Origin: Candidatus Thorarchaeota archaeon
Lineage (GTDB): Archaea > Asgardarchaeota > Thorarchaeia > Thorarchaeales > Thorarchaeaceae
Length of the DNA stretch: 64,000 nucleotides
Assembly (NCBI GenBank): GCA_038893995.1
Contig: JAWAQK010000001.1
Coordinates: forward strand, 43,776-107,775
Direction of reading: 5' to 3'
Below the pieces are notes generated by a model. That model saw only the letters and a program-made list of their open reading frames with translations. It did not search any database and had not been told where the DNA came from. Shown piece after piece: positions 17,729 to 25,649 of the stretch (positions within the stretch are counted from its first letter, which is position 1; each line of letters opens with the position of its first letter). The translations under genes and the position numbers were made by a program.

Positions 17729-20032
17729 TCAGGAACGTATGTAGGACCTACGGTTGAGGACCGAACCGAGATGGACCATCACTCTACGCTCCACCATCGC
17801 AACACCATCCATCATCCGGACTGCACGAGAGATATTCGAGAGCACTGCATTCATGTACGGTTGTACCCTTGTCGGCTCTCCTTGAGCCATCATCCCTATG
17901 TAGGCATTGGTTATCTTTACTAGTCCTAGCCAGTCCTCGGGAAGTAGGAATGAAGACTCAAGGAACATATCATCTGATGGAATGGTTTCGGTGTGATCCA
18001 CAGACACCTCGTACTGAACCTCAAGGGCACTTAGAAGTCGCGAGAGCATATTTGTGAACGACGTTGCAACTGAGAGAATGAACTCACGAGACTCTGAGAT
18101 CGATGAGTCTTCTGAATGACATCTTCCGAATGACACGGCAGCTTGATGCAGCAGAGGAGCCAGTTCCTGGTGATTCCTGTTCTCGAAGAAGAGTCGGATT
18201 CCACTAGCCAGCAGGGCCTGGCCCTCCCAGTATCTTGTCAGGACGGGGTCAATATCATGTACCGAGAACTGCTCAGGACTGACGATGCCACTGACTGTTT
18301 CCGTACCAAGAGGTTGGATGTTTATCTTTGCTGTAGCAAAGGCCGCCATCAGCCTACCTACATCTCTGAGTTCAGAGTTGCGCTCCACGAGACTGAGGGC
18401 CCTTCTCTTGAGTTGGAACCAGTCACCGAACATCAGAGGCACAGCGAGTGATATTCCTTCAACGATCGAGGGACTGTCAGGAGGGCACAAGTCAAGGATC
18501 ATCCTATCCAGATCAAGAATGACCCTGCGCAGTCGCTCAGGAATGAATAGTCTATGCCTCAGAGAGAGCCAGGCAATATCGTACAATGCGATTGCGGCCT
18601 CGACAAGAGCACGCGAGTCAGAGGGAAAGAGTCGCATGTAGCGCAGTAGAGATTCACTCAGGAGATCGTTCGCACGGTCATCAATCGTTTCGGACTCACA
18701 GATTGCCGCGAGGCCCAATCCAACCATGGAGCTCAGTAATGCAATCTCCAGGCATTGACCCTTGTTGAGTAGAGATGTCCTCATCTCTACAGAACGCTGA
18801 AACGACTCAACTGCGGCAGACCGAAACTCTGCAGACTCCGAGAGTAGACAGGCCCAGCCAATAGCATGCAGACAACTGGCGATCTCAGACATCATGTCGT
18901 TCTCTGGAGACTTCAGGTCGTCTGCGACTTTCTGAGCCCGGCGGAGGTAGTCGATTGCAAGTGCTGTGCCGTCATCACTTCCGGTCAGGCTGTGGGCATG
19001 GCCGAGACCTACTAGGCAGCGCAGCAATGCCATCCGCTGCTCTCTTGTCGGGTCCTCGATCGATTCATAGACTGCGAGAGCCGCGTTCAGGCGTTCTACG
19101 GCCTGGGGTATCGCCTCCCGCCACCCACCAATGAGTATCGTCGAACCTACTAGAAGATATGCTGCCGCGAGATCGCCCCTGGTCATAAGACCTGCATCCA
19201 CGCTTCTCTCGTACTCCTGCAGTGCACGGTCAGCAAGGTCACGGGCAGTCTGATAGCTCACACCTTCGTCTCGCGTCTCATTTATCGCAAGCTGGAGAGC
19301 CAGTTGAATCCGTGATGCGGGCGGGAGTTCGGAGCCCATCTCTGATTCAAGCTGTTTCAGTAGACTCCTGGAGCGATCGAAGAGTTCCAGGTCAGTAAGG
19401 ACGGAGGCGAGGTCCAGGGTGAGGTCCAGCAAGAGGTCTCTGAATCCCAGCTGTCGTGATACTGAGAGTAGCCGGTCCAGGAGTGGTTCGGCACACTCTG
19501 CAAGGCCTTCATCCATCAGGGACCTGGCCAGGTAGTGCACCTCGGCCACTGCCAACTTGGTGAAGGATATCTGGTCACGGGCGATGATCGAGTCTAGCGT
19601 ATGGAGTGTTTCGTCAGCCAGGAATGCCAAGAGGGGACGTAGACCATGCCCTAAGGAGACTGACATGGACTGGCCCAGCTCACCAAGCAGGTCAATCAGA
19701 ATTGGCAGAGCCTCAAGATCGGGAAGGTCCTCCGCCGCCGTACGTCTGTACTCATTGGTGAACCTGGTGTCCAGTAGAGATATCAGCTCTGACAGCTCCG
19801 ATGTCTTATCAAATGAGTGACGCACGATGAGTTCAAGGAACTTGTAGTTTGCAAGTGCCGGCCTTCTGAGAAGCACTTCCTCGAGGGCTCGTGCCAACTC
19901 ATGACCCAGTTCATGAGAGTCGGGGGAGAAACGTGAGATTCCTTGAAGTGCAGCGAGACCATCGTCGAGGGAGACAGATGCACACAGTAGGTCCCTCAAG
20001 ATTGTCCGAATCCTTGGATCCAAACAGTTCAC
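17729..20032 (-). CDS. Large helical-repeat (TPR/HEAT-like) hypothetical protein.
   Basis: 767 aa, Leu/Ala/Glu/Arg-rich, predicted all-alpha, no catalytic motifs. Sits 47 bp downstream of the KaiC-like pair on the same strand. Confidence 0.5.
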   Translation of the reverse strand: MNCLDPRIRTILRDLLCASVSLDDGLAALQGISRFSPDSHELGHELARALEEVLLRRPALANYKFLELIVRHSFDKTSELSELISLLDTRFTNEYRRTAAEDLPDLEALPILIDLLGELGQSMSVSLGHGLRPLLAFLADETLHTLDSIIARDQISFTKLAVAEVHYLARSLMDEGLAECAEPLLDRLLSVSRQLGFRDLLLDLTLDLASVLTDLELFDRSRSLLKQLESEMGSELPPASRIQLALQLAINETRDEGVSYQTARDLADRALQEYERSVDAGLMTRGDLAAAYLLVGSTILIGGWREAIPQAVERLNAALAVYESIEDPTREQRMALLRCLVGLGHAHSLTGSDDGTALAIDYLRRAQKVADDLKSPENDMMSEIASCLHAIGWACLLSESAEFRSAAVESFQRSVEMRTSLLNKGQCLEIALLSSMVGLGLAAICESETIDDRANDLLSESLLRYMRLFPSDSRALVEAAIALYDIAWLSLRHRLFIPERLRRVILDLDRMILDLCPPDSPSIVEGISLAVPLMFGDWFQLKRRALSLVERNSELRDVGRLMAAFATAKINIQPLGTETVSGIVSPEQFSVHDIDPVLTRYWEGQALLASGIRLFFENRNHQELAPLLHQAAVSFGRCHSEDSSISESREFILSVATSFTNMLSRLLSALEVQYEVSVDHTETIPSDDMFLESSFLLPEDWLGLVKITNAYIGMMAQGEPTRVQPYMNAVLSNISRAVRMMDGVAMVERRVMVHLGSVLNRRSYIRS

Positions 20033-20079
20033 CCGCGATGCGGGTTGACTATTTCATTGGACTGTTAAAGACTTCCGTA

Positions 20080-20787
20080 TCAGCTGAGTCTGAACTCGAC
20101 CCACGCGCGCTTGGTCTCAGTCCCTCTCATTCTCTCCATCCGCACGAAGAACTTGGGAGTATCGCTAGTATCATCCACCCTGAATCTCAGGACCGCATCT
20201 GCGGAGTACGCGAAGCTGGCATACGTCTTGTCGTCATGTACCCCCTCCTCGAGAATGTACATGATACTGTGAGAACCCTGAGTCAGTCGACCGCTGAGTC
20301 TTTGCACGGCCTGAGGTAGAGCTGCAGCACTGGAACTCATGATGAGTGTCGTCAGGCTGTCAACCACGACTCTTGCAACTACAAGTTTCTCCAGCGCCTC
20401 CGTGAGGACGATTCCAAGCTCTGTTATGTCGTCGACCTTTGAGAGTGAGTAGGGACTTGTGCTCTTGACGCCCATCCGGTCCGAATACCCATCTACAAAG
20501 GTGAACATACCATTTCGCTCGTGCTTCTCGATCGGCCAACCATGTCGGCTCATGTCGTTTCGTATCACTCTGGGAGATACATCTGTCGTCACAAAGACCG
20601 CAGGGAAACCCAGCACTAGCCCCTCGGCGAGATATGCCTCGGCATACGTGGTCTTTCCAGAGCCTATCGGCCCCAGTAGCAATATCGACTGTTGAGTCAG
20701 TTGGCCAAACTCGACCAGGTCTCCTAATGTGGGGCTCACCTTGACAGGGTTGCGTTCGTCGATTCGACTATCATCTCGAGCCGTCAA
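20080..20787 (-). CDS. KaiC/RadA-like single-domain RecA-superfamily ATPase.
   Basis: Walker A LLLGPIGSGKTT. Walker B region VVVDSLTTL. 235 aa. Confidence 0.7.
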   Translation of the reverse strand: MTARDDSRIDERNPVKVSPTLGDLVEFGQLTQQSILLLGPIGSGKTTYAEAYLAEGLVLGFPAVFVTTDVSPRVIRNDMSRHGWPIEKHERNGMFTFVDGYSDRMGVKSTSPYSLSKVDDITELGIVLTEALEKLVVARVVVDSLTTLIMSSSAAALPQAVQRLSGRLTQGSHSIMYILEEGVHDDKTYASFAYSADAVLRFRVDDTSDTPKFFVRMERMRGTETKRAWVEFRLS

Positions 20788-20814
20788 TCAATTCACCTCT
20801 CGGATCTAGCTGAT

Positions 20815-21558
20815 TCAGCTGCCGGGGCTTATCTCAGTAGGCCAGACCCGAATACCCTCGTCAGTGATTCTCATGGAGTGTATCCTGGAGCTGTGCTTGG
20901 ATCCTCGGAGCTTCAATACCTCGATCGAACGGGAACGCGACGTGTCGCTTATCTTCTCGTTGTAGAGCACAATGACGCCTGATGCAAGGAAGGCTTCGAT
21001 GTCAAATACGCCCAGTCCGGTGTCCTGTGCAGGTATCTCTGATGTCAGCAGCAGGGTGGCACCTGTGCCTGTTATCTTGGAGCACATCTTGAAGAACTCT
21101 TCTCTGAGAATGTCTCTGCTCCTGAACTTGTATGCAAGGATTGATAGGGTGTCTATGACTACTCTCTTGGCATTCACCTTCTTCATGTTGCTCAGGATGA
21201 TTGACACTAGTGCCGACAGGTCGAAGCTCGGATACTCCTCCACCATGACGGGAGAGGGACGTGACGGTGACAGGTCTACGATCGCCAGCATACCCTGGTT
21301 CTCTAGTTTCTCGAGGTCCATGCCAAATCTCAACATGTTGCGCTTTATGAGGTGAGGGGGCTCCTCGAGAGTGACAAGCACGCCAGGTTCTCCGTATTCG
21401 GTGGCTCCCTTATACAGGAACTGGTTTGCGAGAATGCTCTTCCCAGTACCTGCCTTTCCTGCAATGAGTATGGTGTCACCTCTGGGAAAACCTCCCTCTA
21501 TCAGTTCGTCGAGTCCCGGGATTCCGGTCTTGACTCTATCAATTTGGTAGCCGGTCAT
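20815..21558 (-). CDS. KaiC/RadA-like single-domain RecA-superfamily ATPase.
   Basis: TGIPGLDELIEGGFPRGDTILIAGKAGTGKS (Walker A) and VVIDTLSIL (Walker B). The start is either the internal Met (MTGYQIDRV, 21558) or 21588. Confidence 0.7.
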   Translation of the reverse strand: MTGYQIDRVKTGIPGLDELIEGGFPRGDTILIAGKAGTGKSILANQFLYKGATEYGEPGVLVTLEEPPHLIKRNMLRFGMDLEKLENQGMLAIVDLSPSRPSPVMVEEYPSFDLSALVSIILSNMKKVNAKRVVIDTLSILAYKFRSRDILREEFFKMCSKITGTGATLLLTSEIPAQDTGLGVFDIEAFLASGVIVLYNEKISDTSRSRSIEVLKLRGSKHSSRIHSMRITDEGIRVWPTEISPGS

Positions 21559-21910
21559 CTGGAACACCTCTACGTTTTCTGTATCCAAGGATCATCCTGA
21601 GGATTGACTCTGGTTCGGGTATGCCGGTTATGGAGGCACCTCCGATCATTATCGTCGGAGCAGCGAGTACCCCATAGTACTGTGCGACTTCTGGCTCTTG
21701 GACCACATCAATCTCTCGCAGAGTGAACATGTCAGTATCAAACTCGCCAAGTATGTCTAGCAGTACCTGTTTAGCTCGCGGACAGAAGGGGCATTCATCG
21801 TGGCTAAAGAAGAGGACCTCAACCTTCGAGGATTCCTTCCCATCTTTGGAGCACCCTTCTTCATCAGACGGAGCCAACGAGACGCACTCCCTGTCCTGTG
21901 TGACCTCCAA
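21539..21910 (-). CDS. Thioredoxin/glutaredoxin-like protein (CPFC active site).
   Basis: VLFFSHDECPFCPRAKQVL ... PTIMIGG is a thioredoxin-fold pattern. 123 aa with an acidic N-terminal extension. Same operon as Roadblock and the KaiC-like genes. Confidence 0.55.
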   Translation of the reverse strand: MEVTQDRECVSLAPSDEEGCSKDGKESSKVEVLFFSHDECPFCPRAKQVLLDILGEFDTDMFTLREIDVVQEPEVAQYYGVLAAPTIMIGGASITGIPEPESILRMILGYRKRRGVPDDRLPN

Positions 21911-21948
21911 CTGTGGAGCTGTGCTCTATTGAATGTTATTGCGTCGGC

Positions 21949-22335
21949 CTAACGACGATATGCCATCATCTTTCGTATCTTGGTCGCCACTTTCCCGAGC
22001 GACCGAGAGTGATATCTGAGATGCCGAGGCATCACTGCGGCCAAGAGGAAGGACTGCCCACTGTCGACCAATATCTTGCGGACGACAAACTTTCCCTCCG
22101 AACAACGAATGGAGATCTCGGAGAGCTCCCCAAGCAGCAGTTCGTTCCGGAGACGCTCAACGGAGGAGGCCACATAGCCAGACATTGCAGCAACGATGTC
22201 ACGGTTTGTGGTGGGGGATGCTGAGGATGCCATGAGTAGGCCGTCATCTCGCGCAAGGATTGATGCGACATAGCCTCCGTTTCTGACCATGTCATCAAGC
22301 ATCTCGGTCAATGCCCTGTAGTCAGGTCTTTCCAT
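21949..22335 (-). CDS. Roadblock/LC7 (MglB-like) domain protein.
   Basis: 128 aa. GGYVASILARDDGLLMAS...AAMSGYVASSVERL...SEISIRCSEGKFVVRKILVDSGQSFLLAAVM matches the Roadblock/LC7 alpha-beta-alpha pattern. Confidence 0.7.
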   Translation of the reverse strand: MERPDYRALTEMLDDMVRNGGYVASILARDDGLLMASSASPTTNRDIVAAMSGYVASSVERLRNELLLGELSEISIRCSEGKFVVRKILVDSGQSFLLAAVMPRHLRYHSRSLGKVATKIRKMMAYRR

Positions 22336-22482
22336 GTGAATCGCTCCGTCATCCCTAATCGATTGCGCATTTTTCTTTTAAAGGATGAGGTCACATCCCC
22401 TGCTCCAGTATCTTGCAGTTGCACTCACAACATAGTTTTAAGTTAGGCTCCAAATGTGAGTCAGACGAGGATGTGATGTCGT

Positions 22483-23031
22483 TTGACTGCCGAATATAGA
22501 TTCAAGGTGGTCATGCTCGGTGATGGCGCGGTAGGGAAGACTGCGCTCACCAACATGTTCACGCAGGGCCACTTCATCTCCGAATACAAACGGACGATTG
22601 GGTCAGACTTTGCAGTCAAACGTGTCTCAGTACCCCAGAGGAATGCACAGGTCACTCTCCAGGTATGGGACTTGGCAGGACAACCACGATTCGAGATAGT
22701 CAGGCAATCTTTCTATCGTGGAGCAAGAGGAGGATTGCTTGTCTACGATGTCACACGACGCAGGACATTCCTGAACCTCGATCACTGGAGACAGGAAACT
22801 AAGAACAGTCTGAGTCGCGAAATACCCCTGGTCGTGGTCGCCAACAAGGTGGATCTGACAGGCGCACGCGTCGTGACGAGGGAGGAGGGAGAACAGTATG
22901 CTGCCAAGAGCGGACTCATATATGTGGAGGCAAGTGCACTCACAGGCCAGAACGTAGAGGATGCATTCGTGGAACTATGTGTCGAGATGATCGACGAGTC
23001 AAAGTCGGAAGCGAGATCTCAGACAGGTTGA
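22483..23031 (+). CDS. Rab/Ras-like small GTPase (Asgard type, no C-terminal prenylation motif).
   Basis: G1 GDGAVGKT. Switch I YKRTIGSDF (Rab-like TIGxDF). G3 WDLAGQ. G4 NKVDL. G5 EASA. 182 aa. Confidence 0.8.
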   Translation: MTAEYRFKVVMLGDGAVGKTALTNMFTQGHFISEYKRTIGSDFAVKRVSVPQRNAQVTLQVWDLAGQPRFEIVRQSFYRGARGGLLVYDVTRRRTFLNLDHWRQETKNSLSREIPLVVVANKVDLTGARVVTREEGEQYAAKSGLIYVEASALTGQNVEDAFVELCVEMIDESKSEARSQTG

Positions 23032-24179
23032 CCCTTCAAGAGGCCTAGATGCTTCTTGCACTGCCAGACGATATAGAAGATGGTCTTGTCCTGCAACACC
23101 TCACTGCCATATTGTGACATCAGGGACTCGAACCTGCGTACCAGATCAACCCTTCTCTCGCCTGCAGTATCGCTCTCGATCTCTCGCAGCAGTGCCTGGA
23201 GGGGCTCAATCATTGCAGTCCTGTCGACGATTTCCCACCGCCTTATTGCTCCGGTGGACTCACAGGTCAGGAACTCGTTCGAATCTGCCACCCATTCTAG
23301 AGAGTCCGGTTCGCCCCGTGTCATTGTCTCGGCCTGCCTAGTGAAATCACTTGTCCGCCACAGGAAGATGTTCTTGTCAGCAGACCCAGACGCAATAAGG
23401 GACCCATCGTGGTTGAATCCCACACAGCGGACCTCTTGTGTATGTCCTGTGAGTGTCTTCTCATGTCTGAGCTGCCCGTCTGAGGCGTCCCAGACCATGA
23501 CCGTCTGATCAGAAGATGCCGAGGCCACCCTGGTACCGTCCCTGGAAAAGCGCACCTGATGCAGTGCAGATCTGTGTTCTTGGAGCCACTCTATCCTCTC
23601 ACCAGTCGTCGGATCCCAGAGACCAATCATCGCATCGACACCACCGGACACTATCCGATCTCCACGAGGATCCCAGTCGCAGGACACTACGTATAGAGAA
23701 TGGCCCTTGAGCTGTCTCAGTGGCTTGGAACTGCCGATGTCCCACACCATGAGGGTCGTATCGCCACTCGATGACACTAACCTATCGCAGTCGGGAGAGA
23801 AGGCGAGCGACAATATGGGATACCGATGACCCTCGAGACGACATATCAACTCTGCACTCCTGACGTCCCAGACCTTGATAACCCTGTCAACACCACCAGA
23901 CGCTATCACATCACTCCGGGGGCTGAATGCAAGGGCTGTGCACAGGAAGTCGTCTGTGATTCGCTGGACCTCTTGGCAGTCTCTCGCATCGTACAGACGT
24001 ATTGTTCGGTCCTGATGAGCAGCAGCGAACATGCGTCCCACTCTGTTGATGGTGAAACGACGAATGATGTCGTCAGCAGTTTCCGCCTCGGGTCTTAGCA
24101 GCCTAGGACGAAGAAACAATGATGGTACGGACTCCGTCATCTTGCTCACCAGAGTGATTGTCATCGTCTCAAGCAGCAT
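23019..24179 (-). CDS. WD40 repeat (7-bladed beta-propeller) protein with a C-terminal helical tail.
   Basis: Seven GH...WD-type repeats (VWDVRS, MVWDIGS, IGLWDPTT, VMVWDASD, IFLWRTSD, IRRWEIVD). The C-terminal roughly 70 aa are non-WD. Starts 82 bp downstream of the second Rab-like gene on the same strand. Confidence 0.8.
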   Translation of the reverse strand: MLLETMTITLVSKMTESVPSLFLRPRLLRPEAETADDIIRRFTINRVGRMFAAAHQDRTIRLYDARDCQEVQRITDDFLCTALAFSPRSDVIASGGVDRVIKVWDVRSAELICRLEGHRYPILSLAFSPDCDRLVSSSGDTTLMVWDIGSSKPLRQLKGHSLYVVSCDWDPRGDRIVSGGVDAMIGLWDPTTGERIEWLQEHRSALHQVRFSRDGTRVASASSDQTVMVWDASDGQLRHEKTLTGHTQEVRCVGFNHDGSLIASGSADKNIFLWRTSDFTRQAETMTRGEPDSLEWVADSNEFLTCESTGAIRRWEIVDRTAMIEPLQALLREIESDTAGERRVDLVRRFESLMSQYGSEVLQDKTIFYIVWQCKKHLGLLKGQPV

Positions 24180-24261
24180 ATCTAAAAAGAGTTGTGAGGA
24201 TGCGATGGGCCCCTCAAGTCAGTATGGTATGGGTGGCTGGTGGTCCGAAGATGAGCATGGC

Positions 24262-24834
24262 TCAGAGAGTACTCTGGCCAATCGACTCGACCATCATGAT
24301 GATGAGCTCAATGAATGCCTTCTCCACGTTGTGTCCGGTCTTGGCAGATGTTTCAAGGAAGACCGTGCTGACCCCACTTTCTCTGAGCGCCTGTGTGAAC
24401 TTCTCACCCTCCTGCGTCGTGACTATCGATCCCTTCATGGCAGGATTGTCCTTGAACTGGTCCCGGAGATCAGTCTTGTTGCCGATGACTACAATAGGAA
24501 TGGTCTTGCCTGTGTTCGCCCAGCACTCCTCAAGCCAGTTGGGAAGATTATCAAATGACGAACGTTCCACAGTCGAGTATACAGCCAATGCTCCCTGGGC
24601 ACCCTTGTAGAAGGTTGATCGTACGTTCTTGAAGTGAGCCTGTCCAGCAAGATCCCATATCTGGATGTGCACCTCTGTGCCACTCTCAAGTGCCAGTTTT
24701 TTCACTGCGAAATCGGCGCCGATGGTGACCATGTATGAGGCCTTGAAACCTTCGCCCATGTAGGTCCGACGGAGCGAAGTCTTACCTACTGAGCCGTCGC
24801 CCATGAGAACTATCTTGAACAATGCTCTCGGCAT
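24262..24834 (-). CDS. Rab/Ras-like small GTPase.
   Basis: G1 GDGSVGKT. TIGADF. WDLAGQ. GNKTDL. ETSAKTGHNVEKAF. 190 aa. Confidence 0.8.
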   Translation of the reverse strand: MPRALFKIVLMGDGSVGKTSLRRTYMGEGFKASYMVTIGADFAVKKLALESGTEVHIQIWDLAGQAHFKNVRSTFYKGAQGALAVYSTVERSSFDNLPNWLEECWANTGKTIPIVVIGNKTDLRDQFKDNPAMKGSIVTTQEGEKFTQALRESGVSTVFLETSAKTGHNVEKAFIELIIMMVESIGQSTL

Positions 24835-25079
24835 CTGGTGTCACCTTGTAAGTCGGGTGAGTGTTCGCTCCGTAATCCGGAGTTCCACTATATGAGTCTA
24901 TGTGGACTGTGTTCTTGTGCCTCTCAGATACTCTCCTGGTGGAGCCATTGACCATCTTGACTTGACCTGATGCGGAGAGAGACCTTGTTGAGCAGGCGCT
25001 GTTGGGATTCGGTTATGCCCATCCCTCATGAGATCAATGGCCATGGCGACGAATAAGGGGACCATAGATATGTCTTCTG

Positions 25080-25649
25080 ATGCCACATCATCGATGGAAT
25101 CTCCTCAAGGCACTTCCCGAGAGACCACCGATGGCGTTGTTCGCTCGGGACACAGTCCCAGCGGCTCTGTATACGGTGGCCCCGCTGACTAATGCTATCA
25201 ACATTCACTTTCGGTCATCCGTCCCCGACGAACACGTCTGTGAGAATGAACATGAGTCAGAAACAAACCCCAACTATGACGTCATCTTGAGGAAACTACA
25301 ACCTGTAAGGAAACATCGTATCAGAACCCCCTCCTGGAGTTGGATTGAGATGGGTAGGACAGCCCATACCTTTCACGATCTCCTCGCAATGGAGGAGAAA
25401 CGCTGGAGTCAGTTCAGACGCGTACTCAGACAGTCGAAGCGGGAGTTGGTGGACAGGGTGTTCGACTACGCCAGAAAGAATTCTGATGCTGGCTCAATGG
25501 TATTGACACTCCGACCAATGGAAGTCGTACTCATGACTGCAGTCATTGAGATCCTCGACGAGCTGACCAGACTTGATGAGCGAGTCGGTATGCTGGAGAG
25601 GAGGGTCATGGGAGGTGCCAGCAGCGAAGAAGCGAGGCTGGCTACTTGA
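25080..25649 (+). CDS. Hypothetical protein.
   Basis: 189-aa ORF upstream of polB, overlapping it by 76 nt. No motifs recognised. The true start may be an internal Met (MGRTAHTFHDLL). Confidence 0.3.
   Translation: MPHHRWNLLKALPERPPMALFARDTVPAALYTVAPLTNAINIHFRSSVPDEHVCENEHESETNPNYDVILRKLQPVRKHRIRTPSWSWIEMGRTAHTFHDLLAMEEKRWSQFRRVLRQSKRELVDRVFDYARKNSDAGSMVLTLRPMEVVLMTAVIEILDELTRLDERVGMLERRVMGGASSEEARLAT

Noticed and set aside
20080-21588. Interpreting the two KaiC-like genes as a circadian KaiABC system.
   Set aside because: No KaiA/KaiB genes are present, and each protein has a single RecA-like domain (about 235-257 aa), not the double-domain KaiC. The archaeal KaiC-like/RadA-paralog signalling ATPase interpretation is more appropriate.
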